Assembly (NCBI RefSeq): GCF_011745625.1
Contig: NW_027191467.1
Coordinates: 62,001 to 126,000, forward strand
DNA: 64,000 bases
Direction of reading: 5' to 3'
Origin: Cladosporium halotolerans
Taxonomy: Eukaryota
Position 1 is the stretch's first letter, and each line of letters starts with the position of its first letter. The position numbers and the translations under genes were made by a program. Below are positions 33,401 through 45,966 of this stretch, in pieces. The notes beneath the pieces were generated by a model that saw only the letters and a list, made by a program, of their open reading frames with translations, did no database searches and had not been told where the DNA came from.

Positions 33401-36400
33401 GGGTTTTCTTCAACCGGCGTCGCAGAAAGCGATTTCTTGCCCTTCTTCTTGTCCTTCTTGCTCTTCTTAGTAGAGACAGAATCGAAGAAGCTTGTGTCCT
33501 CCTGGGCTGGCTGTGGCTCATCACTTGCCGGAAGGTCTTGAGATTCGGGCACGCCGCCAGTCGCAGCATCCTGAGGCAATGCCGCTTCAGCTGGTACATC
33601 GGAGAATTGAGTCTCCATTTGAATTTCGGCCGGCTCGGTGACACTGCGCTCAGTGTCCTTGACGTCAGGAGCAGGGTCCTCGGCAGGAGTGGCTGCTTCA
33701 CTGACTTCGGGCTCATCCCATGGCGATGATGCTGCTTGCGCCTTTTTCGCCTTTTTCTTGTCCTTTTTGCTCTTCTTCGACGAAGATGTGCTGAAGTCGT
33801 CAACATGCTGTGCATCGTCAGGAGCCAGGTCACGAGTCGCGGCGTCAGTGTCATTGAGAACCGCGAGCTCAGTAGTCACTGGATCGGCAGTTGCTTGAGG
33901 TTCAACAAGCGCATCTTGGTCCTGCGCAGTCTGTTGGGCATCTCCCGTCATGGCAAGAGGATCCTCGGTTGGCACTGCGGTGATGTCAGCCACCTCGGGA
34001 GGAGGCGCGTCACCAGCAATCTGATCGTTTGCGGCGGCTGGCTCCTCGGGGGTCTCAGTCGAAGCGGCTGTCTCTGCCGGAGTCTCTAGGTCCTCAAGAG
34101 CCTTTGCCTTCTTGGACTTCTTTTTGTCCTTTTTGCTCTTCTTTGTGGGCAGGGCGAACTCTTCATCTTCTTTTGTCTCGGGGTTCGCAATAGGTTCTTC
34201 GGTAGTTGTCATTTGCGAATCGGTGGGGGCGTCAAGAGCTGACGCACCGATGTCGCCGGTGGATGGAGGCAGAGTGTCTGGCTGAGGCTGAGCATCTTCC
34301 AGTGGATCAAGAACGGCATTGGAATCGGTGGTAGGCGGCGTTTCTGGCTCGGCCACATCCCATAAAGCGGCGGCAGCCTTCTTCTTGTTCTTCTTGCTCT
34401 TCTTCGAAGGTACATCGTTGAACTCTTCAGCAGGGGTAGCTCCAATAGGTTGAGAGTCCTCCGCCACAGAAGCCAAGGGGTCTTCAATCTGGCGCGAACC
34501 ATCTACGGGCTCAGCCTCTGCCGGAGGAGCTTGGTCATTGGGGTTGTCAGGGTGACCAGCGAAGTAGTCCGCTGCGGCGCCTCTCTGCTCAGCCTCGGGT
34601 GTCGCAAAGTCATCGCCTTCCGCAGCTTTCGCCTTCTTTGCCTTTTTCTTGTCTTTCTTGCTCTTCTTCGTACCGAACGCCTCGAATTCGTTACTCTCAT
34701 CTGCAGGAGCCTGTTGCTCTTCTGGCAGAGCTGTCGGTTCCGGTTCTTGGGTAGTCGAAGTTTGGATGGGTTCTACCGTAGCGTCGGTCGGCTCTGGGAC
34801 TTCACTTGTTGGCTCAACGCTGGGCTCATCTTGTCCGGACTGAGTCACCTCAGCTTCAGAAGCCAGAAGGCCTGCCGCGAGCGCAGCCTTCTTAGCCTTC
34901 TTGCTCTTTTTGTCCTTTTTCGTTGAGCCAAAACCGGACCAATCATCATCGGCTTTCTCCTCAGGCTCAGCCGAGGGAACGACCGGGGCCGAGTTTTCTG
35001 CCGTTGCAGATTGCGCTTGAAGTGGCTCGGCAGGTACATTATCATCCGCGCCAATCTTGTCGGCCTGCACATCAAGGTCTTTGACTTCGAGCTCAGGCAC
35101 AGGAGATTCCAAAGGGGTTGAATCGCCCTTGCTCTTCTTGCCCTTCTTCGCCTTCTTGCCCTTTGCTGGAGTCGCCCAGAAGTCGTCGCCATTGGCCTCC
35201 TCGGGAGCAGCCTGTGGCGCGTCTCCGGTGGCATCGAGAGGATTGGTCGTGAATCCACCAACGTCAGTAGTGGGCTCGCTCGCATCGACTGGCGCCTCAG
35301 TTGGCACCTCAGTTGGCTCTGCAGGCGGGAGCACCTCTTCCGATGCTTCTTGACTGCCCCTTTTTCCCTTCTTGCTCTTCTTTTTCTTCGACGGCGTCGA
35401 AGCCCATAGATCGTTTCCATCTGGCTCGGGGACAGCTTCAGGCGCAGCCTGAATAGATCTGTCGAGAGCTTCCCCCAAAGGCTCATCCAGCTGCTCTTGA
35501 GGTGCAATCGGACCTTGGTTTCCTGATTCTTGGGCAGGCGGCTCGAGCTCTTGATTCGGCGGAGTTTCAGAGGCAGATTCGAATGGCGTCTCCACAGGTG
35601 TCTCCTCCATCACAAGCTCATCCCAGGGAGTTGACTCAGTTGTCGAAGCTTTCGCGGCAGACTTTTTCTTCTTTTTCTTCGAAGTCTGCGGCGTCCAGAA
35701 TGCATCGGCGTCTTCCGGCGTATCTTTTTCCGGCGTCTGAGTTGTGGCTGTCATCTCGTCTTGAGTGGCTTCCTGCGTGGGCTCTGGCTCCGCTGTCGCT
35801 TCGAGCGCTGAAGATTGCGTCTCGGCCGCAGGACCCTCAGGCAGCTCCTGCGCCTCCAAAGCTTGCTTCTTGCCCTTCTTGCCCTTCTTTTTGCTGGGTT
35901 GCGGTGTCCAGAATGATTCGTCCTCTGGTGGTGGCACTGCAGCGGAGTCTGATGGCTCAGCGGATACTGGTGCTTCGCGGGCTGTGCTCTCTAGCGTCTC
36001 CGGCGCAGGAGCTTCGACGACGCCGGCATCAGCAGGCGTTTCCGTGCCTCCGGCGGTGTCTGGCACTGGTGGCTGATCCACAGCTGATGGCTCTGCCTCA
36101 GTGGCCTTCTTACCCTTCTTGCCCTTCTTCTTCTTAGAAGAGGGAGCTGCCCAGAAGTCTTCAGCAACTTCGTTTTGTTCAGCAGGAGTTTCAGCTGTCG
36201 GAATCTCCGTGGGGACGCTCCCTTCTGGCGCTTGAGTGGGTTGATCGACTTTCACGAGATCATCGTCGGCAGGCTTGACCTCTTGAGCTTCAAGAGAGTC
36301 TTGAAACTCATCTTGTTGCTCAGCGGGTTCGGTCGGCGCGGTCAAAGGATCTTCTTGCAACTCTCTTGTCTCTTTCAAATCCGCTGTTTGAACGGGAGTA

Positions 36401-39400
36401 GAGTCTGCAGCGTTTTGAGTTGGGTCCGTTGCGTCCTTGATCTCCTCGCTAGTAGGAATAGCGTTACTAGGTTCTTCAGTTCCCAGATCGCGAGTACCGT
36501 CAGCCTGAAGGTCGAGCGTAGTAGAAGTTTGCTCGTTCAATAGTTCGGCTGAATCTTCGGCAGTGGCATCAGGCACAGAAGATGCGGCCCATTGTTGTCC
36601 AGTAGCCTCGCTGGGCTGATCGGCTTCAGGCTCAGCCCACGGATCGGCCTTCGCTTTCTTTCCCTTCTTGCCCTTCTTTGCCTTCTTAGATGATGTCGAA
36701 GGAGCCCACTCGTCTTCAGCTGGAGTCTCAGTCGCGACAGCAGGTTCGCTGATGGCGCCACCAGTTGGCTCTTTTGTGGCAGGCTCGGTCACAGGAAGTT
36801 CGTTATCGACTGCTGGAGTTTCGGAGGAAGGCTCCGCAATTGGCTGGTCAGCCTCTGTTGTTGGAGGGGCTTCGATGATGTCGTCGGCGGCGGCCTGGCC
36901 TTTCTTGCTCTTCTTAGACTTCTTAGATTTCTTGGTCGAGACTGGGCCGAAGATATCTTCCGAAGCTTCTTCAGGGCCAGCAGGCACCTCCCTGCTTGCT
37001 TCAGTTGCTGAAACCTCGGTCGGGTCGACAAGCTGGTCGGCAGATGGTTGCTCAGACCGGGCCTGTTCATCTTGCGTCACAGCAGAGGTGGCCACGTCGT
37101 TGATATTGGCACTGCTCAATGCCTCGCCGTTGGGTTGTTGTGCGTGCTCGGCAGGCTCTGTGCTGGGCTCTTCCAAGGTCGCGGGCCCTGCTTCGTCAAC
37201 AGGTTGAGACTCCGCCAGACCCCTGTCAGTCGACTTCAGCTCGGAAGGCTGCTGACCTGCTTCAGAAGCTGTCTCTGGTCCGATCACAGTAACGCTATCG
37301 TCGTCCGGCTTAGCACTCTCAGCACTCGGCGTTGCAGGAGGAGTCGAAGTTGTCGAGGCCGCTTTGCCCTTCTTCCCCTTCTTTCCTTTCTTGCCCTTCA
37401 CAAGCAAAGGTGTCTTAGGTGTAGGATCAGTGGAACCAAACCAGTCGTCGAAGTCCTCTTGAATGTTCGTCATTGGTCCGCCAGTGCGAGCAGGAGCAGC
37501 ACCATCAGCTGGCGCCTCAGCAGCCTGCGCTTCTTGCGCTTCACGAGGAAGAGATGGCCTATCCGCAAACTCCTCGTCACCCCAGACGTCTTCGGTAAGA
37601 TCAGGCTTTTCGGCAGCGGAGCCATCCATTGCGTCGCCCCAGATATCAGTGTTAGCGGTGCTGTCTGTAGCGCCGTGATAGATGGACTCTGTGCTTGTGG
37701 ACTCAGGCTCGGGAGTGGCATCTTGACTTTTCTCGACGGCAGGGTCGGCAGCCTCCATGTCGCGAGGGACATCTTCTGCTGGCTTGGCAGGCTCGTCTTT
37801 GTCGCTTTCTGCGAGCATAGCGCCAGCAGCCGCACCTCCTAGAGCAGCTGCAGCGGCAAGACCTTTCTTCTTTTTCTTGTCTTTCTTGCTTTTCTTTCCT
37901 GTCGGGGTCTGCTCTTGGTTCTCTGTCTCTGAGATGCCGAGACCTTCTGTCGCAGCCGAAGATGTCAGCTCTGGCTGCGGAGCATCCGCCGGGGCGTCAC
38001 CTTGAGCCTGACGAGCGGCAGCTTCATGCATCTCCTCATCTCTAGCGAGATCCTCCCAAGTGTAAAATTGCGGCACCTGCTTGGGATGCGAGCGGGGAGC
38101 GTGAAGTGCAGTCTGAGGGAAATCGCTCGCCTTCGGCGTAGTCTGGTCTGCGGTGTCCATGATCTCCTCTTCGGTCTTGTACTTGTTGACTTGATCCATG
38201 TCAATGGTCAAGTTCCTGTTGCCTCTCGGAGAAGTCTCTTGGAAGTCCGGCTGAGGCGACTCGATGTCCTCAGCTGTAGAGTGCCAGTCATCACTTCCCT
38301 GAATGCTGCTGGCTCGGCTTGAGGGCTTGCTTTCGGGTAGCGTGGGAAGTTGCTCCTCGACTTCTTCTAACTTGGAGTTGCGAGAGACAAGGTAGAGAGG
38401 CCTCACTTCGCGGAATTCGGATGAGCGAGGTCTAGGCTTCTTGCCGGAGCCAGCAGTCGAAGCAGGAGAAATGGGTGCCGATTCAGCAGGAGAGCCGAAG
38501 CTCAATGACCTCTCCCGGGGAAGCAAAGGTGAAGGAGGTGGTCTGAATCTGAGGGGCACCGCTGTCGAAGACTGAGGCCTCGGGGTAATGCTTGGACGTC
38601 GGTCCAGCGAGGACGAATCCAGGCTCACAGCTGATGCATTAGAAAAGTCCCTCGCCTCTGCAGAAGATGCGTCGTTGACGTTGCTCGCATCCTGCAACAG
38701 AGGATCGGTGCTCACCGCCTGTTCGACAGCCTCAGCAGGAGCAGGGGTGCCGTTGTCCTGCTCTTCCTTTGTGGGTGCTGAGGCTGCCGAAGCCTGGCGA
38801 TCAGAGGGTAGAGGCGGCAGATCCTCTACCCGCTCACCTAAAAAAGACTGGTCCCTCTTCTCACCATCGTAAGACTTGCGACTGAACAGTCCAAAGAGCC
38901 CACCGCTCTTCTTCTCCTTCTTGCTCGACGAAGCGGGCTCGGTAGCCGCGGAGTGCACGGAGCGCGTGTCGTCGAAGTCACCATCGAACGAGCCACTGTC
39001 GCGTTTGGATTTACTCCTCTTCGAGGACCTGCGGCGCTCCCCTGAAGGCGCAGAAACCACTGAGCCAGGTCGGTCCTCAGGGGACATGGCACGGGGGCTC
39101 CGACTCGAACGCTCGGTCTCGTAGAAGTAAGCTGGTCTGTCATCATCGGCGCTGGCCGGCGCACGAGCGATACCGCTGTGACGTCTGCCATTACTGACAG
39201 GCTCCCCAACGTAATCGTCGAAAGCAACCTCAGACCGCAGCGGTGAGCCGGTGACCGGCTCATTAAATCGACCACTCTCACGCTTCTTCTTTTTCTTCGA
39301 CTTCTTGGAATCAGCGGCATCCCACAGATCGTCGGCAGCAGGCTCTTGTGGACTGGAAGGTTTATCCTGAGGAAGCTCTGCTCCTGATCCAATGGTAGGA

Positions 39401-42400
39401 GACTTGTCTTTGTCTGTGTCGGGCGGCGATTCGTCCCAAGAACCGGGCATCTCGCTTGGCGAAGCAGGCGCCTCAAAGGCATCGTCGAAGGATTGACCCT
39501 TTTTCTTGCTCTTCTTGCTCTTCTTGCCAGGGCTGGAGTAGGCGTCATCCTCCTCAGGCTTGGCTTCTGTGTCAGCCATGGCAGCGACACCAGCGGTGGT
39601 CATGACGGCAGCGGCCACATCAGCAAATCCCTGCTTCTTAGCCTCTTTCTCGCGTTTCTTCTGCTCCTTCTTGGAGAGCGGAGGCTCCCAAGGTGCATCT
39701 GCCTCGGGCTCGCGAGGTTGCTCAGCGTCGACAAACTCGTCGACAGGAGCGGCAGACTCAGGATCGGCGAACGAGACACTTGATCTCTTGGCTTCCTTCT
39801 CCTTTTTCTTCTTATCTTTCTTGGAAAGCGGCGGCTCCCATGCTGGTTCAGCGGAAGCATCTTGAGTCGAAGCCCAAGGGTCGATTTCAGCCTCACGCGA
39901 CTGCTCGAGAAGAGGATCATTGGACTCTTGAACGGGAGTCTCGGACGGCGAATCGCCTCCACCCAAGCTCTGCCTCTGCGCCTCCTTCTCCCGTTTCTTC
40001 TTCTCCTTCTTCGAGAGTGGAGGCTCCCATGCAGACTCCTCTGCCGGAACTTGGTTCTCATCATCCAGCGGCAGCGGCACTTCCTCAGTCGCTGGTGCCT
40101 CTGCCTCAAAGGTGTCCAAGTTCTTGGCCTCCTTCTCTCGCTTTTTCTTCTCCTCCTTGGAGAGGGGCGGCTCCCAAGCAGACTCAGTCTCAAGTTCGCG
40201 AGACTCAGAGAGCGGTTCGGCGTCTGGCACAGCAGGTGCTGTCTCCTCCATGGACTGGGCCAGCTTAGCCTCCTTGTCGCGCTTCTTTTGCTCTTTCTTC
40301 GACAAAGGCGGCTCCCACGCAGCTTCGGGCTCAGCAACGGGAACTTCTTCTTGGGCAGATGGCTCAATCTGAGCAGGTTCGTCGATGGGTGTGGCAGGGT
40401 CGGACTCAGCAAGGAGTTTGGCGGCCTTATCACGCTTCTTCTGCTCCTTCTTAGAAAGTGGAGGCTCCCACGCGCTCTCTGGCTCAGGCGGCGGGGCGTC
40501 GAATGCAGCATCCGCCTCGGCCTGAGCTGGCTCGTTGGCAGGCGTCGACGGCTCAGAGTCCTGGAAGGACGAGCCCTTCTTGGACTTCTTCTTCTTGTCC
40601 TTCTTGCTGAGAGGCGCAAATTCCTCTTTTTCCTTCGGTGTCTCGGTAACAACTTCACGGGCATCCGTAGGCTCAACCTGAGGCGCTTCAGGAACAAAAA
40701 ATGCATCGCCACTCGCAGGCTCATTAGCAGGCGTGCTGGGCTCAGACTCCTCCCAAGACGAACCCTTCTTGGACTTCTTCTTTTTCTTGTCCTTCTTGCT
40801 GGGCGTAGCGAATTCGTCTTCTGCCTGCACAGGCTCGACCACGGGCTCGGGAGCGACAGAGCGTTCGGGTTCAGGCTCGGGCTCGACGATCGCAGCAGGA
40901 GAGGGCTCTTCCTCAAACGCCGCGCTGCTCTTCTTTTTCTTCTTCTTGTCCTTCTTACTGAGCGGGGCGTCGAACGTCTCTTGAGGCCCCTCGGCCACAA
41001 CATCACGAGAGACAGGTGTGGCTTCCCCAACTACCTCGAAGGGAGTGGTAGGCTCACTATCAAATGCCTCTCCGCGCTTAGCAGCCTTCTCGCGCTTCTT
41101 CTTGTCCTTCTTCGAAAGAGGCGGCTCCCACGCTGGCTCGTATGCAGCAATAGTCGGCTGCGACTCGCCAGCGCCAGGCTGGGGTTCATCACGGTACACG
41201 ACAGACTCGAAGCCTCCAGGTACGTGGCGCTCCTTCTCATCGACGGGTGTTCCCTCTGTAGTCTCGCCTTCAACCCAGCCGCGGACGGGAGGCGCGCCCT
41301 CTGTGCCGGGGGAGTTAACGGTGGTGAAGTCAGAGACGCTCTGCGCATAGGGTGTCTGGTAGAATCCTGACGCAACGCCAGGAGCGGCCTTGCTCAGGAT
41401 TTCTTCAGCGATGGCCTCGGGCGAGTCGTGAGGCAAGTCGTCGACACCATAGGTCTTGGTCTCTTCTTTGCCTCCGCCGGGAGTCTCGCTCTCGACGACG
41501 ATCTCGTCGAAATTCTGCTGGGTTCCAGAGAGCGGAGACGGGCTCTTGTCACCTCTCACCGACCCAGCAGTACTGTGTGGTGGCGTGGGCGCAATAACGT
41601 TCAGCTTCGGGACGTTCTGGTGCACAATAGGTGCCTTGCCGTAGCCGCCGAACCCACTGCCGTGAATGTGCCTGGCTTCTCCGCCAGCCGTCTGGTACAC
41701 ATCGACATCGTTGTCGCCGTAAGGGTCAGCAGCCTTCTCCTTTCCTTCGGCCTTTCTGTCCAAAAGCTCCTTTGGCATGAAGAAATCCTTCTGCGACTGG
41801 GCTGGCATGTTGTAGTAGTCCTCGCGGTCGTGGATCAGCTCTTCAGACTTCTCTTGAGATAGCTCGGCGTAGCGACGGAGTTCAGAGGAACTGTGTCTGC
41901 GCTTGAAGAAATCCGGGTCTACTAAGTCGTCATCTGTAATAGGAGCGCCGGAGTGCTCGTTGCTGGGCTCGAATGTTTGAGTGCTGTAAGCATCGCGAGA
42001 CTGGCTATCTTCGTTGCCATTCTCGCGACCCTCCTGGTGCAAAGCACCGTCAAGAACTGCACCAGCGACTGCACCAGCCATACCAGCGGCGACTGGGCCT
42101 TTCCAAGAAGTAGAAGAGACTTGCGAGCGTTTGTCGTCAGATCGCTCCTTTTTGCTGCGGGACCGCTCTTCTCTGTCCTTCTGCTTCTGCTCAAGCTCTT
42201 CGCGGATCTGGCGCTCGTTCTCCATCTGCCTCTCATACTCTCGCGCCTGGCGTTCATCCTCAGCTCGCTTGCGAGATTCTTCCGCAAGCCTTGCTTGGTC
42301 ACGATTGTAGGCCTCTTCGCGCTCACGACTCTCCATCTGACGTCGGCGCTCTTCGTCGTCCTTCTGGCGGCGCTTCTGTTCACTAGAGCGCCTCTCATCC

Positions 42401-45400
42401 TCCTCCTGCGCAAAGCGCTCGGCTTCCTCCTTGAGAGCTCTCGTGCGGTCAGCCCTGCGACGCTCAGCATCTTCCTTCTCCTGCTCCTCTCTGACTTGGC
42501 GATCGAACTTCTCGAGCTGCTCGTCGTTGAAGCCAAAGCGGACGCTGCCAGGATCTTTGGACCTGCGGCCTTGGCTTGCGATGATGCCGGCAGTAGCTAG
42601 GGCAGCACCGCCAATGAGCGCGGCGTCTCCCATGAGACTGCCCTTGCTATCTCTGGTCGGGCTGGAGACGCTCCTGCGCATAGGCGGTTTGGACGACGGG
42701 CCTGCAGTTGGGCGCATGGGGTCCTCGGGAGAGGCTTGCGTGAAAGCTGGTTGGAAGGGAGCAATTGGCTGGGGTTGCTGGAGGGGCGGGTCTTCGAAGG
42801 CGCCGGGCATGGAAGCATGCCTTGACCCAGCGTCCGAGAGAGGTTGTGGGTCAATGAATTGCATCGGCGCCTGCGGCGTGCTGGCATTGGTGACCAGCTC
42901 AATGTTGTCGCTTGGTACGGGTCTGCCGAAAGCATCCATGGCAGCACCAACGGCCAGACCGCCAGCAACAGGGCCCGCAAAAGATGAATTGTCGACCGAG
43001 GAGTACCGCCGCTGGTCAGGAGTTGTTGGCCTCTGCTTCTTGCTCTTCTTCTTGCTGCCCCAGCGCCAGCCCCAAGCGCTCAGCCCATCGTTGGAAGATC
43101 GCGTGCTACTCAGGCTGTCCATGCTGGGGCGGCCTGTAAGCCTCCGTTGCGCCATCTCCTCCCCGAAGGCCAGACCAGATTCATCACTTGAGGCCTCCGA
43201 AGGAAGTTCGTCTTCCCATTCTCCCTCATCGCTGGATCCTGGTGCGCCTACGATGTGTCCGGAAGGACCATACTGGCTGACTCTGGCGTCCTTCCTCGCG
43301 CCCAGACCAGGGCGGCCGTTGCGGCTGGGTGACTTTGAGAACTTCTGCGCGGCAGTGAGCGCAGCAGCCGTGGCGCCAATGCCAACCAAAGTCTTGTTCA
43401 ATTTCTCATCCGAAGACTGCTTCGACACTTTGCGCTTGCCGTTCGATCTTCCGCTCGATCGTCGAGAAAGCTGTGATCCATTGATATCCCCGAACGCCAT
43501 GCCAGAGTCGGAAGAAGAAGCTGAACCGTTGCTGAACGTGAAGAATCCACCCTTCTGCTTCCTCCTCTGCTGCTCCACCCTACTATCCTGGTAAGTCCCA
43601 AACGGCGACCTGCGCCTACTGCGTCGGGGCGGCTCCGAAAAGCCGAAGATTTCACCCAGGCCGGGACTGTGGCTCCTAGACCTGCTGCGGTACCGGCGCT
43701 CATCGCGGCGCAGAGATACCTGATCCGGTGAGCTTCGTCGGCGGTGTCTAGAGGAAGCGGCAGCACTTGCCGCGGCGCCGAGGGCGGCTCCGCCAGCAGC
43801 GGCGCCCATCCAGTTGGACTTACGACCAGATGATACGGACCGCGACCGGTGCACCCTGCGATTCTCCACCCGCCCGTCCTTGGTCCTGATGGTGACAAAC
43901 TCCTCGTGGCCACCGGAGACGATGCGGCCGCGCGAAGTCCTCCTCCGACCAGATCCGACAGAAGAGCTGGAGCCGCGCCTCCGGACGGCGGAGCTTGCGC
44001 GGTGGCCAGACTTGATGCTGTAAGTGTCGTCGAAGCCCTTGCGGTCGTTGAACATGGCCGCGCCAGCAGAAGCGGCGCCCGCTGCCGCGAGGCCACCAGC
44101 TACCCATTTGGCGTTGGAGCCGTCCTTACGGTCGGATGAGTAGTAGCGGTTCTCTTTCTGGATTTTAGAATTGGCGCGTCGAAGTGACTCGTCGCTCCTG
44201 CGTCGTTGCATGCGTTCGATTGAGCGCCTGCGCAGGGTGTCGAAAGAGTCCTTCTTCCTCGGGTGGTAGTGATGCTTCCTTGGACCGTTGTAGGGAGAAG
44301 AGCGCGGGTCGAAACAGTATTTGCAGACGCCAATGTACTCGGTGTACTCCTCCATTTTTGCGACGTCCTCAGGGCTGGAAAGGAGGTTGAGGAATCCGTC
44401 CTTCAATCGTGACATGGGGCCTCTGTGCTCGTGATGGTGGTGCATACCCATGGGCGTCATGCCAGAGCCATTATCGTAGTATGATCCAGGGCGTTCCGGG
44501 GTGAATGGCGGTTCGGATCCGTAACGAGATGTGGGTCCGTAAGAGGGCGGCGGTCCAGTCTGCGAAGATGCGCCATTGTGCTGGCTCATACCGTATGCAG
44601 CCATGCCTGCAGCGGCAGCACCTGCAGCGGCGTATCGACCTGCGTGGTTAGATTGGGAAGGGGGCAACGTACCTGATGCTGAAGGAGGCGAAGAGTAGTA
44701 GGACGCCGCCGCGCCGGTCGCGGGAATAGGATCGGTGTTATGGCGGCTCAACTTTGATGGGCCAGAAACGTTAGATGGCAGTGGGCGGTCGTGAACGTAG
44801 TCATCCTGTGAGATTGTGCTTTGGTCGTAGTAGGATGAAACGCGGGACTGCAGATGATTGTAGGATGCGCCAGCTGCAGCTCCAGCTGCCCCAGCACCAA
44901 TGGCCGCTGAAGGTGCGAAGCTTTCCGGTGGCGAAACCGCCCTGCTGGACTTCCTTGAAGGGCTCGGGGCGATGTCTTCTGGTGGCGAAATTCCTCTGCT
45001 GAATTTCTTTGACGGCTTCGCCGAGCTGACGCTCGATTGCTTCGAGGACTTGGTGGGCTTCGTAGGCTTCGTACTCCCCGAGGGCGCCGCCACAGAACTC
45101 GGAGCCGCCGCAGTAGTCGGTGGCTTCGGCGTGTATGCGCGCTCGCCTGGCTGATACTTCACACTTTGCCCTTTGTCGCCGTAGTAATCGGCCGCTGCGC
45201 CATGCGGGTTCGGCTCGAAGTCTGATTTAGTGTAGGTAGACGGATTTTGACCAGGGAACTGGTTTGGAACGTGCGAATCGAGCGCACCGCTCATTGTAGG
45301 CTCGTTGAAACGCACAGTCGAGCCGCCGTTCATTCCCGGAAATTGTTGGAGGTTGTTCACCGAGGATGGTGCCCTAAAATCTGGGTCTGGCTCGCTGACG

Positions 45401-45966
45401 ATCTCTGAAACCCTCGATTTGCCATTTGGTTTGTCCACACGCGAGTTCTTCTCGTCCCTCTTCTTCTTCTCTTTGTCGTCTCTTTCGCGAGATCTGCTCC
45501 TCTCGCTCCGTCCACTGCTCTTCCTCACCCAGCCCTCTCTCTCACGGGATCTGCTTCGCTCACTGCGACCGCTGCTCTTCTTGTGCTTGCTCTCTCTTTC
45601 GCGAGACCTGCTCCTCTCGCTACGGCCACTGCTCTTTCTCCTTCTTCTTTCGCGACTGTCGGAGCGCCTGCTCCTCCTCTCACTCCTCAGATCGGCTTCG
45701 TCCTCCCATCCGTCATCATCGTTCGCGTTAAAGGCGTTCATCGTGCTCTCGGTCAATCTTGGAATTGGCGCAGATCCGTAGGACACGCCAGATTCGTGTC
45801 GCGAATGGCGCTTCCTGTCCCCGTCCGTCCGGCGCGAAGAAGTAGACACCACGGACTTGCCGTCATCGCTACCGCGGCGGTGGCGGCGACGGCGGGAAGC
45901 GGTGGACGCGGTGTCGTCAAAAGTGCTGCTGCGCTCGCTGCGGCCACCGAATGCTGCTTTCCACAT
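27419..45966 (-). CDS. lah: Giant (~6,160 aa) Leashin/Lah-like Woronin-body tether ('involucrin repeat protein'); exons 45966-29029 and 28972-27419
   Basis: A 16.9-kb open exon joins in frame, through a 56-nt intron (GTGAGT...GCTAAC...CAG), to the 498-aa ORF (junction AETF|QGYGDAQ). N-terminal EEYTEYIGVCKYCFDP block, huge acidic disordered middle with dozens of poly-Lys motifs, and a C-terminal coiled coil plus globular domain. The Lah identity is from recalled architecture, not a search. Confidence 0.72.
39640..41135 (-). repeat. Seven dispersed coding repeats WEPPLSK(K/E)(D/E)xKK(R/K)(D/E)K
   Basis: The motif recurs 7 times in the translation; nucleotide ggctccca near 39683, 39833, 40022, 40169, 40310, 40463 and 41123. 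Confidence 0.85.
45481..45637 (-). repeat. Three tandem ~57-nt coding repeats (KSSGRSERSRSRER)
   Basis: KSSGRSERSRSRERE, KSSGRSERSRSRERE and KSSGRSERSRSRERD near the N-terminus of the giant protein. Confidence 0.85.

Noticed and set aside
39640..41135. Regularly spaced repeats resembling a CRISPR array
   Set aside because: Degenerate, in-frame protein-coding repeats with long variable spacing in a eukaryotic gene; no cas genes.
30618..43594. Many 300-500-aa alternative-frame and antisense ORFs within the giant gene
   Set aside because: By-products of low-complexity, stop-poor coding sequence.
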